From positions 46,015 through 110,014 of the forward strand of contig CADBYN010000001.1 of assembly GCA_902798835.1 (NCBI GenBank): DNA of 64,000 bases, given 5' to 3'. This DNA is from Candidatus Avelusimicrobium bubulum. Lineage in GTDB: Bacteria > Elusimicrobiota > Elusimicrobia > Elusimicrobiales > Elusimicrobiaceae. The translations under genes were made by a program, and so were the position numbers. The notes below the pieces were generated by a model. The model was given only the letters and a program-made list of their open reading frames with translations. It had not been told where the DNA came from and made no database searches. Shown in pieces: positions 28,664 through 37,290 of the stretch (its first letter is position 1; each line of letters begins with the position of its first letter).

Positions 28664-29698
28664 ATGGCATTTGAACGTTTTAAAAAACTGGACCTTGACC
28701 CCTTGATTGCCAAACAACCCGCTACCCCGCGCGACTCTTCGCGCCAAATGGTTTTACACCGCGACACACACACCATTGAACATCGCATTTTCCGCGATAT
28801 TCACGAATACTTTAACCCCGGCGACGCGCTAGTCATTAACAACACAAAAGTTTTCCCCGCTAAACTTTTTGGGCACAAACCTACCGGCGGCAAAGTGGAA
28901 GTGCTGCTTGTACGCCCGGTACAACCTAACGTGTGGGCGGTACTTACGCATGAATATAAAGAGGGATTAAAGTTGGATTTTGGGGACGGGCTTGCGGGTA
29001 CAATGATCGGCACCACACCCGAAAAGGAATTCCTCTTGCAGTTTAATCACGCCGACATTTTGCCTTTCTGTCACGCACACGGGCAAATGCCTCTGCCGCA
29101 ATATATTGAAAAAGCACGCAAGCACAGCGGCCTTTCCCCCAGTATTGAAACGGACAAAGAGCGCTACCAAACGGTATATGCCAAGTACGAAGGATCCATT
29201 GCCGCACCAACGGCCGGATTTCACTTCACCCCCGAGCTACTGCAAAAAATTAAAGATAAAGGCGTGCACATTTGTTACATTACCTTGCACGTAGGGTGGG
29301 GTACATTTAAACCCTTGCGCGGGGAGCCGCAAGAACACAAAATGCTTGCCGAACTGGGCGAGATTTCCCCACAAACCGCGGACACTCTTAACGCGGTACG
29401 CGCGGCGGGCAAGCGTGTATTTTCGTGCGGAACGACCAGCACCCGCACATTAGAGAGTTTTACCGATGACAACCACATCACCCGCGCAGGGAAACAATGG
29501 ACTGATTTGTTCATTTATCCGGGCTACAAATTTAAAGCCATTGATTGTTTGATTACCAATTTCCACTTCCCCGATTCTACGCCGCTATGCATGACAAGTG
29601 CCTTTGCCGGCGAAGATTTTATCTACGAAGCCTACCTGCAAGCCGTCGAGAAGAAATACCGTTTTTACTCATTTGGCGACAGCATGATGATTTTGTAA
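28664..29698 (+). CDS. queA: S-adenosylmethionine:tRNA ribosyltransferase-isomerase
   Basis: Start moved to MAFERFKKLDLDPLIAKQPATPRDSSR (canonical QueA N-terminus). AAPTAGFHFT and GTTSTRTLES motifs. Confidence 0.9.
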   Translation: MAFERFKKLDLDPLIAKQPATPRDSSRQMVLHRDTHTIEHRIFRDIHEYFNPGDALVINNTKVFPAKLFGHKPTGGKVEVLLVRPVQPNVWAVLTHEYKEGLKLDFGDGLAGTMIGTTPEKEFLLQFNHADILPFCHAHGQMPLPQYIEKARKHSGLSPSIETDKERYQTVYAKYEGSIAAPTAGFHFTPELLQKIKDKGVHICYITLHVGWGTFKPLRGEPQEHKMLAELGEISPQTADTLNAVRAAGKRVFSCGTTSTRTLESFTDDNHITRAGKQWTDLFIYPGYKFKAIDCLITNFHFPDSTPLCMTSAFAGEDFIYEAYLQAVEKKYRFYSFGDSMMIL

Positions 29699-29703
29699 TT
29701 TAC

Positions 29704-29733
29704 AAAAAACCTCTGCGCAAAGCAGAGGTTTTT
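29704..29733. terminator. bidirectional rho-independent terminator (queA / nfnA)
   Basis: AAAAAA-CCTCTGC-gcaaa-GCAGAGG-TTTTT. Confidence 0.75.
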
Positions 29734-29751
29734 ATCAAAACACACACACGT

Positions 29752-30612
29752 TTAGTGAAGCCCGCACTTGCAGACATGGTCTTTTTCGTGCTGGTACTTC
29801 TCTAAACTTTCTTTTTCAAGCGGCTTGTACTCGCTGGTGCGGCGCATGAGCTCGTCAAAGTCAATCGTCTTAGAAGGGAACATCGGCCCGTCCACACACG
29901 CAAATTTTACTTTCCCCTCCACCGTTACACGGCAGCAACCGCACATCCCGGTGCCGTCTAACATAATGGGGTTTAAGCTGGCATGCGGGTTCATTCCCAG
30001 CTTATCCATCAGGCGCGAGGTAAACTTCATCATCGGGATCGGCCCAATGATAAACCCGGCATTTATTTTTTCGCCTTGATCGTGCAGCGCCTCGATAGCA
30101 TCTGTTACCATCCCCTTAAGACCGTACGAGCCATCGTCCGTAGTAGAAATGGTTTGATCGCACAACGCTTTCATTTCTGGCTCTAAAATGAGTAACTCTT
30201 TGTTGCGCGCGCCAAGCACCGCAATCACTTTGTTTCCCGCTTCTTTGAGGGCCCGCGCGATGGGATACACTTCGGCAATTCCTACCCCGCCGCCCACCAC
30301 GGCTACCGTTCCGTAATTCTTAATCTCTACCGGAGTTCCCAACGGTCCAGCCACGTTCAAAAATGCTTCGCCTTCTTGCAAACTGTTAAACATCGAGGTC
30401 GATTTGCCGATAGCCTGAATAATGACGGTGATGGTTCCTTTGGCACTGTTCCAATCCACCAACGTCACGGGTACACGCTCGCCGCCTTCCCGTCCGCGCA
30501 AAATAACAAATTGCCCGGCTTTGGCCGACTTGGCAATGAGGGGTTTATAGATTTCAAATTTGACCACTACATCGTTGAGTTGTTTGCGTGAAACAATCGT
30601 ATTTTCTTGCAT
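29752..30612 (-). CDS. nfnA: NfnA/SudB-like ferredoxin-NADP+ oxidoreductase small subunit (FAD, 2Fe-2S)
   Basis: Start moved to MQENTIVSRKQL (ATG 30612; GGAGGGGAAATAAT upstream; adjoins the nfnB stop). C-terminal GTGMCGCCRV...C cluster motif. Confidence 0.75.
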   Translation of the reverse strand: MQENTIVSRKQLNDVVVKFEIYKPLIAKSAKAGQFVILRGREGGERVPVTLVDWNSAKGTITVIIQAIGKSTSMFNSLQEGEAFLNVAGPLGTPVEIKNYGTVAVVGGGVGIAEVYPIARALKEAGNKVIAVLGARNKELLILEPEMKALCDQTISTTDDGSYGLKGMVTDAIEALHDQGEKINAGFIIGPIPMMKFTSRLMDKLGMNPHASLNPIMLDGTGMCGCCRVTVEGKVKFACVDGPMFPSKTIDFDELMRRTSEYKPLEKESLEKYQHEKDHVCKCGLH

Positions 30613-30613
30613 A

Positions 30614-32002
30614 TTATTTCCCCTCCAAATAAGCGTTGATGCGTTTGGCGGCTTCAATGCCGTCTTTCATCGCCAGTAGCACCGTCGCGCCGCCGCGGAT
30701 GATATCCCCCCCGGCGTACACCCCCGGCAACGAAGTTTTGCCTTGTTCGTCCATGTCCAGCACACCGCGCTCGGTGGTTTTAAGTTCGGGCGTAGTCTTG
30801 GCGATGATCGGATTAGGGCGTTGGCCGATGGCTACAATAAGGGTATCGGCAGGTATCACAAATTCCGAACCTGGGATTTCCACCGGGCGGCGGCGCCCTT
30901 TGGCGTCGGGCTCGCCGAGTTCATTACGGGTGAATTTAAGTCCGCTCACGCGCCCGGTTTCATCCGCGATAACTTCCTTGGGCGTGAGTAAAAATTCAAA
31001 CGCCACGCCTTCTTCTTTGGCATGTTCCACTTCGGCCGCACGTGCCGGCATTTCAGCAGCGCTTCGGCGGTAAGCAATCGTGACCGTGTCCGGCCCCAGG
31101 CGCATGGCGCAACGTGCCGCGTCCATGGCACTATTTCCGGCACCCAGTACAATGACGTGTTTGCCGATTTTAATAGGCGTATCCGTGGCCGGGAATTTGT
31201 AGGCTTGCATTAAATTAATGCGTGTTAAAAATTCATTTGCGCTATAAACACCGACGGCATTTTCGCCGGGAATACCGGTCATGGTGGGAAGCCCCGCCCC
31301 GCTGCCCACATACACCGCATCAAACTCTTTTAAGAGTTCTTGCACGGTTTGCGTGGCCCCGACAAGCACGTCCGGCACAAATTTTACGCCCATGGATTTA
31401 ACGGTTTCGATTTCGTGATCAATGACTTCACGCGGCAAGCGAAACGACGGAATCCCATAGCGAAGCACACCGCCAAAAGCGTGTAAGGCTTCAAAAACGG
31501 TTACTTCGTGCCCGGCGCGGGCTAGCTCAGCCGCCGCCGCAATAGATGACGGGCCCGAGCCAATGCACACTACTTTTTTGCCGGTCTTAGGGGCCGTTTG
31601 CGGGGCTTGTAAAAGCCCTTGTTTGCGCGCGGTATCGGCGGTATAACGCTCGAGCATACCGATGTTGACCGAGCCGAATTTTTCTTTTAAAACGCAATTG
31701 CCTTCACAATGTTTTTCCTGCGGGCAGACTCGTCCGCAAATGGCAGGAAGAAGGCTTGTTTCCATAATTTTGCTGACCGCCTCGCCAATTTTACCTTCTT
31801 TGACATACGCAATAAAATCCGGGATTTGCACCCCCACCGGGCAGTTGGCCTGGCAGCGGGCATTTTTACAATGCAAACAGCGCTGCGCCTCGGCGCGGGC
31901 TTGCTCGTCGGTAAACGAGCGGGCTACTTCTTCGAAATTATGTTTGCGCACTTCGGGCTCTACTTGATAACCGTTGTTACGCGGCGCGGACGGGTTAGGC
32001 AT
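30614..32002 (-). CDS. nfnB: NfnB/SudA-like, glutamate-synthase-small-chain-type NADPH oxidoreductase
   Basis: 462 aa. N-terminal 2x[4Fe-4S] Cys motifs (CLHCKNARC..CPV, CGRVCPQEKHCEGNC), two Rossmann GxGxxG motifs (CIGSGPSS, VLGAGNSA). Confidence 0.8.
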   Translation of the reverse strand: MPNPSAPRNNGYQVEPEVRKHNFEEVARSFTDEQARAEAQRCLHCKNARCQANCPVGVQIPDFIAYVKEGKIGEAVSKIMETSLLPAICGRVCPQEKHCEGNCVLKEKFGSVNIGMLERYTADTARKQGLLQAPQTAPKTGKKVVCIGSGPSSIAAAAELARAGHEVTVFEALHAFGGVLRYGIPSFRLPREVIDHEIETVKSMGVKFVPDVLVGATQTVQELLKEFDAVYVGSGAGLPTMTGIPGENAVGVYSANEFLTRINLMQAYKFPATDTPIKIGKHVIVLGAGNSAMDAARCAMRLGPDTVTIAYRRSAAEMPARAAEVEHAKEEGVAFEFLLTPKEVIADETGRVSGLKFTRNELGEPDAKGRRRPVEIPGSEFVIPADTLIVAIGQRPNPIIAKTTPELKTTERGVLDMDEQGKTSLPGVYAGGDIIRGGATVLLAMKDGIEAAKRINAYLEGK

Positions 32003-32053
32003 AGAAAACCTCTCTAACTAAAAAAATAGACTGGCAAAAAAACGGTTTATTAC

Positions 32054-32073
32054 TTATACTATAGGTATACTAT
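32054..32073. repeat. tandem direct repeat TATACTATA-GG-TATACTATA in the divergent nfnB/ytxH promoter region
   Basis: Two identical 9-mers with 11-nt periodicity. Each reads as a -10 hexamer on both strands (TATACT / TATAGT). Confidence 0.6.
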
Positions 32074-32115
32074 ATTGTAAAATATATGTATCAATTTAGC
32101 AAAGGAGGGTAATTT

Positions 32116-32433
32116 ATGTGTGATAGATACAGATCAGCCGAAACCGGTTTAGCGGCTTTCTTATTGGGGGCCATTGTGGGTGCTGCCGCGGGATTATTGT
32201 TGGCTCCTGCCAAAGGGGAAACCACCCGCCGCCGCCTAAAACGCTGGGCCAATGATACCTATGAAGATAACAAGGAACTCATGTTGGAACACGCGCAGGA
32301 CCTCAAAGAAAAAGCCAAAGAACACTTTGAAACTGCCAAAGAAAAATTTAACGAAGGCAAAGACAAAGTAGTCAAAGAATTTAACCGCCGCAAAGAAGAA
32401 GTGGCCGCTAAATTCAAAAAAGACGAAGAGTAA
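32116..32433 (+). CDS. YtxH-domain protein
   Basis: 105 aa. N-terminal LAAFLLGAIVGAAAGLLLAPAKGETTRRRL followed by a Lys/Glu-rich helical tail. AAAGGAGGG SD. Confidence 0.7.
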   Translation: MCDRYRSAETGLAAFLLGAIVGAAAGLLLAPAKGETTRRRLKRWANDTYEDNKELMLEHAQDLKEKAKEHFETAKEKFNEGKDKVVKEFNRRKEEVAAKFKKDEE

Positions 32434-32461
32434 GGCGCGCTCAAAATCAGCTTGAAAAATT

Positions 32462-32490
32462 AATCCCCCGGTTGTAGCCGGGGGATTTTG
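32462..32490. terminator. bidirectional rho-independent terminator
   Basis: AATCCCCCGG-ttgtag-CCGGGGGATT followed by TTTG; an A-run precedes it. Confidence 0.75.
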
Positions 32491-32506
32491 TTATGGGGAA
32501 CAAAGG

Positions 32507-32767
32507 TTACACAATTTGGTCGCGTTGGGCAGCCGCCTTTTCAAGTTCTTTGTCAATTTTGGCGGACACTTTGTGTAGCACGCTTTGCGCGTTTTTCTTC
32601 CACTCTTTAAGTTCGCGCAACTCTTGCTGCACTTCTTTAAGTTCCAAACGATCTTCTTCTAATATACGCAGCCGGTTTTTAAGCGTGGCATTTTCCCCCG
32701 CCAATTCTTTTTGGCGGGTAAGCGTTTGCGTAATCAGAAGTTCCAACTGTTTAAGCTTGTCTTGCAT
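32507..32767 (-). CDS. coiled-coil protein, ZapB-like (tentative)
   Basis: 86 aa, heptad-rich (LKQLELLITQ...LKNRLRILEEDRLELKEVQQELRELKEWKK). TAATG overlap with the pheT stop. The antisense Ser/Cys-rich ORF at 32493-32798 was rejected. Confidence 0.45.
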   Translation of the reverse strand: MQDKLKQLELLITQTLTRQKELAGENATLKNRLRILEEDRLELKEVQQELRELKEWKKNAQSVLHKVSAKIDKELEKAAAQRDQIV

Positions 32768-35151
32768 TAGCGAAGTTCCGCCCCCACTTGTGTTTTGAGC
32801 TGCTCTACAATGCGATTAAACGCCGTGTCGATTTCTTTATCTTTAAGCGTTCCGTCCGGCTTGGAAAAAGCCAGGCTAAACGTAACACTTTTCTTACCGG
32901 CGGGCAAATGTTCACCCTGATATACATCAATCAAATGGTACGAAAGCGCTACATCCAGCGGGGTTTTATCAAGCGCGCTGGTAATTTGCGCGTACGTAAC
33001 TTCGCTGGGGAGTACCACGGACAAATCGCGCAAGGACGGCGGGAATACAGCCACGTCGGCCGCGGGTTTAAAGTCACGCGCGGAGTAATTTTTCTCCAAC
33101 TGCTTGGTGGCAAATTCAAAGGCCCACACTTCGGACGTTTTCACGCCGAAGGCTTTGAGCGTCAACGGGTGAAGTTTACCAAACACGCCGATTGCTTTGC
33201 CGCTCTGCAAAATGTCCATGCTGATTTTAGGGTGCATATAAACAGGTACGGTTTTGGACGGAGCGAACGTAACCCCTTCCGCACGACCGAGCAACGTTTG
33301 CATCAGTCCTTTTAACCAGTAAAAGTCCACGGGGCGTTGCGGCAAGGCAAAGAATTTGTCTTCTTCAATATTTCCCGTAAGCACGCCGGCCACGGTGTAA
33401 TTTTCCACCGGGAAACCCTTCATATTTTGGAAAGTTTTGCTGGTTTCAAAAAGTTTTAAATCCGTATTGCCAAAGCGCAAATTGCTCTCTACGTTTTTGA
33501 TAAGCGATGCAAGCAGCGTAGGGCGCAGATAATCCCACCCTTGCGCCAGGGCATTTTTCACGCGGATACAAAACTTGGCATCCGCGCCCATGGTTTTGAG
33601 GTCTTGCTCGCCGATAAAGTCAATGTTTTTGCACTCACAAAAACCCGCACCGATCAGCGCGTTTGCGTACATTTTGCCCAAGTCAATTCCTTTGGGATTA
33701 TCGGCAAATACCACATGTGCACGCGTAGCGGACACCGGGATTTGATCATACCCGGCAAAGCGCGCGGCCTCTTCGGCTAAATCCCATTTGTGATTAAGGT
33801 CGCGCCGATGGGTAGGGGCTTTGAATTTCCACACTTCCCCGCTCGCATCAAACTCGGCCGCCAGACGGGCAAAAATATCTTTGAGTTTATCTTCTGCGAT
33901 ATTCGCCCCCAAAATAGCGTTAATTTCCGCAGGCGTAAATTCTACCGTCTTGTTCTCAAATTTTTGCGGATACACGTCGTTAATTTCGCTGGCTGTTCCG
34001 CCGCAAATTTGCACAAACAAATCACTCGCGCGGCGCATAGCTAACATCGCGCCTTCAATATCGCTGCCGCGTTCAAAGCGCTGGGATGAGTCGGAAGAAA
34101 TGGCAAATTTCTTAACAGTTTTGTTAATAGTCGGCGGGTTGAAATACGCGGCTTCAATGAAAATATCCTGCGTATCTTCTTTAATCCCGCTGTTTGCGCC
34201 GCCCATAATACCGGCCAGTGCGGTGGCTTTTTTCTCATCGGCGATCAGCAAACAATTTTCGGTCAGTTCCAGCTCGCGCCCACCGAGCACGGTAAATTTT
34301 TCGCCGTGGACTGCATTACGCACAATCACTTTACCGCCTTCCACTTCGCGCAAATCAAATGCGTGCAGCGGGTTGCCCAGCTCAAACATTACATAGTTGG
34401 TGACGTCCACCAGCGCGTTTTTAGGATTAAGGCCCATCGCGGCCAAGCGCTCTTTCATCCACTCGGGAGACTCGGCATTTTTTACCCCGCGGATAATGCG
34501 CCCGATGTAGCGGGAGCAGCCTTCGGGGTTTTGAATTTCCACGTCCAATGCTTTGCCTTGGCCGGGGATATCTTTAATGGCGGGAAGTTTTACGGGTTTA
34601 TTGAGCAAAGCCCCCAACTCGCGCGCCACCCCTAAGTGGGATAACAAGTCCGGGCGGTTGGACGTAATTTCCAATTCAAAAATCGTGTCGGCCTTGCCGT
34701 AAAGCGTAGAAACATCCGTTCCCAGCGGCAGGTTTTCATCCAGCACCAAAATCCCATGTGCACGGGTATGCGTGAGGCCCAATTCGTCAGAGGAACAAAT
34801 CATTCCTTCGGACTCTACCCCGCGGATCACGGCGGGTTTGAGCACAATTTTCCCCAGCCGCGCGCCGACTTTGGCAAGCGGCACTTTCTGCCCCACAGCC
34901 ACGTTGGGTGCGCCGCACACCACGCGCTGCGTAACGCCGTTGCCTTTATCGAGCGTGACTAAATGCAAATGATCGGAATTAGGGTGATCCTCAATTTTGA
35001 TAATTTGCGCCACGTGGACGCCTTCAAAATCGGCCCCTGTGGTTTCCAGCGAAGCCACCTCAATACCCAGGTCCGTTAGTTTTTTAGCCAACTCTTCGGG
35101 AGATAAATCCAACTCAATAAAATCTTTTAACCAGGAATATAGAATTTTCAT
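32767..35151 (-). CDS. pheT: phenylalanine--tRNA ligase beta subunit
   Basis: 794 aa. N-terminal MKILYSWLKDF, tRNA-binding OB, B3/4, B5 and FDX-ACB arrangement. Confidence 0.95.
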   Translation of the reverse strand: MKILYSWLKDFIELDLSPEELAKKLTDLGIEVASLETTGADFEGVHVAQIIKIEDHPNSDHLHLVTLDKGNGVTQRVVCGAPNVAVGQKVPLAKVGARLGKIVLKPAVIRGVESEGMICSSDELGLTHTRAHGILVLDENLPLGTDVSTLYGKADTIFELEITSNRPDLLSHLGVARELGALLNKPVKLPAIKDIPGQGKALDVEIQNPEGCSRYIGRIIRGVKNAESPEWMKERLAAMGLNPKNALVDVTNYVMFELGNPLHAFDLREVEGGKVIVRNAVHGEKFTVLGGRELELTENCLLIADEKKATALAGIMGGANSGIKEDTQDIFIEAAYFNPPTINKTVKKFAISSDSSQRFERGSDIEGAMLAMRRASDLFVQICGGTASEINDVYPQKFENKTVEFTPAEINAILGANIAEDKLKDIFARLAAEFDASGEVWKFKAPTHRRDLNHKWDLAEEAARFAGYDQIPVSATRAHVVFADNPKGIDLGKMYANALIGAGFCECKNIDFIGEQDLKTMGADAKFCIRVKNALAQGWDYLRPTLLASLIKNVESNLRFGNTDLKLFETSKTFQNMKGFPVENYTVAGVLTGNIEEDKFFALPQRPVDFYWLKGLMQTLLGRAEGVTFAPSKTVPVYMHPKISMDILQSGKAIGVFGKLHPLTLKAFGVKTSEVWAFEFATKQLEKNYSARDFKPAADVAVFPPSLRDLSVVLPSEVTYAQITSALDKTPLDVALSYHLIDVYQGEHLPAGKKSVTFSLAFSKPDGTLKDKEIDTAFNRIVEQLKTQVGAELR

Positions 35152-35160
35152 AAAATCTCC

Positions 35161-36201
35161 CTAAAATTGTTTGAGTAAGCGCACGTCGTTTTCATAGAAT
35201 GCGCGGATGTCTTTGATGTTAAGCATCATCATGGCCAAGCGTTCCACACCCATACCAAAAGCGTAGCCGCTAAACTGCTCAGGATCAATGCCGCAGTTCT
35301 TTAAGACGTTAGGATGGACAACCCCGGCGCCCAACATTTCGATCCAACCGTTTTGTTTGCACACGTTGCACCCTTTGCCTTGGCAGAAAACGCATTTGAC
35401 GTCCACCTCTACACTCGGCTCGGTAAACGGGAAGAACGATGGGCGGAAACGAATTTCGGCCTTGTCGCCAAAAAGTCCTTTCATAAAAGCGGTAAGGTCG
35501 CTCTTTAAGTCCGCTAAGCTAACGTTTTTATCCACATACAAGCCTTCGATTTGATGGAACACCGGGCTGTGCGTAGCATCTAAACTATCATTACGGAACA
35601 CGCGCCCCGGCGCCATAATACGCAGCGGCGGTTTATGTTTTTCCATATAGCGGCTTTGCACGTTGGACGTGTGCGAACGCAGCACCAGCGGGGCTTTGGT
35701 ATCCACAAAAAACGTATCTTGCGCGTCGCGCGCAGGGTGGTGCAACGGCACGTTTAACAAATCGAAATTGTGTTTTTCATCTTCCACCCACGGACCTTCG
35801 GCCCATTCAAATCCAAGGCGCGAAAGAATCGTTGTCATGCGGTCTTGCGCCACAGAAAGCGGGTGTTTGTGCCCGCACGCTACCGGGTAGCCGGGCAAGG
35901 TTAAATCGATATTGGTTTTGTTGAGTTCGTCGTTGATTTCCTTGGCGGCAAAGAAAGCGGATTTTTCATCCAGCACGGCGGTGAGGTCTGCTTTTAAAGC
36001 GTTTCCCATCGGGCCGGCTTGTTTTTTATCTTCTATAGAAAAATCTTTCAGGCCCTTTAACAGTTCGGTTAGCGCCCCTTTGCGGCCCAAGGCGGCCACG
36101 CGCAAATCTTCCACTTCGGCAGCAGTTTGCGCAGCATTAATTTTGGTTTTGTATTCTTGTGCAATTGTTTCGCACGCGTTTTTAAATTCTAAAATAGTCA
36201 T
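35161..36201 (-). CDS. pheS: phenylalanine--tRNA ligase alpha subunit
   Basis: 346 aa. Class II motifs HPARDAQDTF, RSHTSNVQ, FRNDSLDATHSPVFHQIEG, GYAFGMGVERLAMM. Confidence 0.95.
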   Translation of the reverse strand: MTILEFKNACETIAQEYKTKINAAQTAAEVEDLRVAALGRKGALTELLKGLKDFSIEDKKQAGPMGNALKADLTAVLDEKSAFFAAKEINDELNKTNIDLTLPGYPVACGHKHPLSVAQDRMTTILSRLGFEWAEGPWVEDEKHNFDLLNVPLHHPARDAQDTFFVDTKAPLVLRSHTSNVQSRYMEKHKPPLRIMAPGRVFRNDSLDATHSPVFHQIEGLYVDKNVSLADLKSDLTAFMKGLFGDKAEIRFRPSFFPFTEPSVEVDVKCVFCQGKGCNVCKQNGWIEMLGAGVVHPNVLKNCGIDPEQFSGYAFGMGVERLAMMMLNIKDIRAFYENDVRLLKQF

Positions 36202-36207
36202 AATACT

Positions 36208-36213
36208 ATTATA
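36208..36213 (-). promoter_or_regulatory. -10 hexamer TATAAT, 6 nt upstream of pheS ATG (leaderless geometry)
   Basis: Reverse strand reads ATAC-TATAAT-AGTATT-ATG. No SD; no room for a T-box or attenuator leader. Confidence 0.45.
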
Positions 36214-36235
36214 GTATTTTTAGGACGCGTACACA

Positions 36236-36265
36236 TAAAATATCCCCCCGTCACACCGGGAGGAT
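36236..36265 (-). terminator. probable terminator after ORF 36294-36899
   Basis: ATCCCCCCG-tcacac-CGGGAGGAT hairpin (one mismatch), followed on the minus strand by ATTTTATGTG. Confidence 0.4.
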
Positions 36266-36293
36266 AAAAAATAAAATAGATATTTGTGTCAAG

Positions 36294-36899
36294 TTAGTAT
36301 TCAAACCTTATCGGCCGCATATCTTCCCCTGTTTTAGGGTCCATATACTCTTTTAAAAACGGGGGACCCCACCCTGCAGGGGTATCTTTTCCCGTCTGAT
36401 CCATGCAAAACTTATACCGCCAATCCTCCGGGTTTCTTGTATCCGGAGAGCAACGTTTTTTACCAATTACCCACAAAAAACTCTCGCTGGGATGATCAAG
36501 ATACACCCCATACCGCAGGCTTTCATTCTCTTTTTGCACCTTGCCTTGGATAACCGGCGCTCCCCCGCCGTTTTCGAAAATACCAACTTCCATCCCCTTT
36601 CTGATTAGTTGACTGTTACGGGTTCTGCTGTCAATTAATCCTCCGGAGGTTATATTGTAATCCCGCTCATTGGCAAACTGCGGAAGTTTCTTAAGATGAT
36701 AGGCATACTCTCCATGTGCTTGCCAATAGGCTTCTTGCGCGTCTTTAAGCTCGTGCACCCGCTTCATCATTTGGGCATAGCGCGTGCGCAAAATCATCCG
36801 CCGGTATTGCGGCGAAGTGATAAAAACGATCCCCCCTCCCAGCAAGAGGATGATTAGCAAAATTCCAATCCATTTAAATTTAGAAGTATTTATCTTCAT
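36294..36899 (-). CDS. hypothetical protein with a single N-terminal membrane anchor
   Basis: Start set at MKINTSKFKWIGILLIILLLGGGIVF (ATG 36899, AAGAGGG SD). An alternative ATG at 36920 lies 4 nt after TGtTACAAT (36925-36930 on the reverse strand). No family recognised. Confidence 0.5.
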   Translation of the reverse strand: MKINTSKFKWIGILLIILLLGGGIVFITSPQYRRMILRTRYAQMMKRVHELKDAQEAYWQAHGEYAYHLKKLPQFANERDYNITSGGLIDSRTRNSQLIRKGMEVGIFENGGGAPVIQGKVQKENESLRYGVYLDHPSESFLWVIGKKRCSPDTRNPEDWRYKFCMDQTGKDTPAGWGPPFLKEYMDPKTGEDMRPIRFEY

Positions 36900-36990
36900 G
36901 GGGGCCCTCTTTATTTGCATTTTTATTGTAACAAATGTTTGACTCATTTTGAAATCGTTTTGCCCCACACGCAGATTGTTCAAAATAAAG

Positions 36991-36996
36991 TACAAT
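36991..36996 (+). promoter_or_regulatory. -10 hexamer TACAAT, 6 nt upstream of zapA-like ATG (leaderless geometry)
   Basis: TACAAT-GAAATT-ATG 37003. No SD. Confidence 0.4.
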
Positions 36997-37002
36997 GAAA
37001 TT

Positions 37003-37290
37003 ATGGCAAAGGATATTGTGCAAGTAGAAATAAGACGCATCCCGCTGGAGGTGGAAAATTCCGGCCTGGGCGGGATGGAGCTAACCGAACTGGCCGCGCA
37101 AGTAGAGAACTACATGCTGCAGCTGCAAGCCGACGGCGAAATTGACACGCTCAAACAAGCACTCTACGCAGCCTTGCACTTTGCCAGCCAGGCGTACCTC
37201 AAAAGCCAAAACGAAGGTGGCAAACGCCAAGAGGAACAAAACCGCCTAAACGAACTGATTTTAAAATTAAAAGCCGCTCAAGAAAAATGA
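37003..37290 (+). CDS. zapA: cell division protein ZapA-like
   Basis: Start moved to MAKDIVQVEIRRIPLEVEN... Pattern (beta N-terminus, LAAQVENYM, DTLKQALYAALHFASQ, coiled-coil tail) matches the ZapA family by eye. Confidence 0.55.
   Translation: MAKDIVQVEIRRIPLEVENSGLGGMELTELAAQVENYMLQLQADGEIDTLKQALYAALHFASQAYLKSQNEGGKRQEEQNRLNELILKLKAAQEK

Noticed and set aside
32493-32798. 101-aa plus-strand ORF opposite the ZapB-like gene
   Set aside because: The product is Ser/Cys/Phe-rich and low-complexity, and the ORF starts inside a terminator. The minus-strand ORF has a clean heptad pattern and a TAATG coupling to pheT.
33821-34396. 191-aa Ser/Ala-rich ORF antisense to pheT. Similar long antisense ORFs lie at 42404-42943 in murE, 15736-16263 in pyrD/pyrK, 7287-7802 in hppA and 60418-60912 out of frame in sdaA.
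   Set aside because: All lie inside strongly supported housekeeping genes and have Arg/Ser/Pro/Ala-biased composition typical of off-frame translation of moderately GC-rich coding DNA.
36202-36293. Looked for a T-box leader or attenuator upstream of pheS
   Set aside because: A TATAAT box sits 6 nt from the ATG. The remaining 80 nt hold only the terminator of the upstream gene. No specifier or T-box sequence was seen.
36294-36899. Possible type IV pilin-like nature of the N-terminally anchored hypothetical protein, based on a hydrophobic N-terminal helix followed by AQEAYWQAHGEYA
   Set aside because: There is no prepilin peptidase motif (G/FTLIE) and the similarity is only impressionistic. 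It is left as hypothetical.
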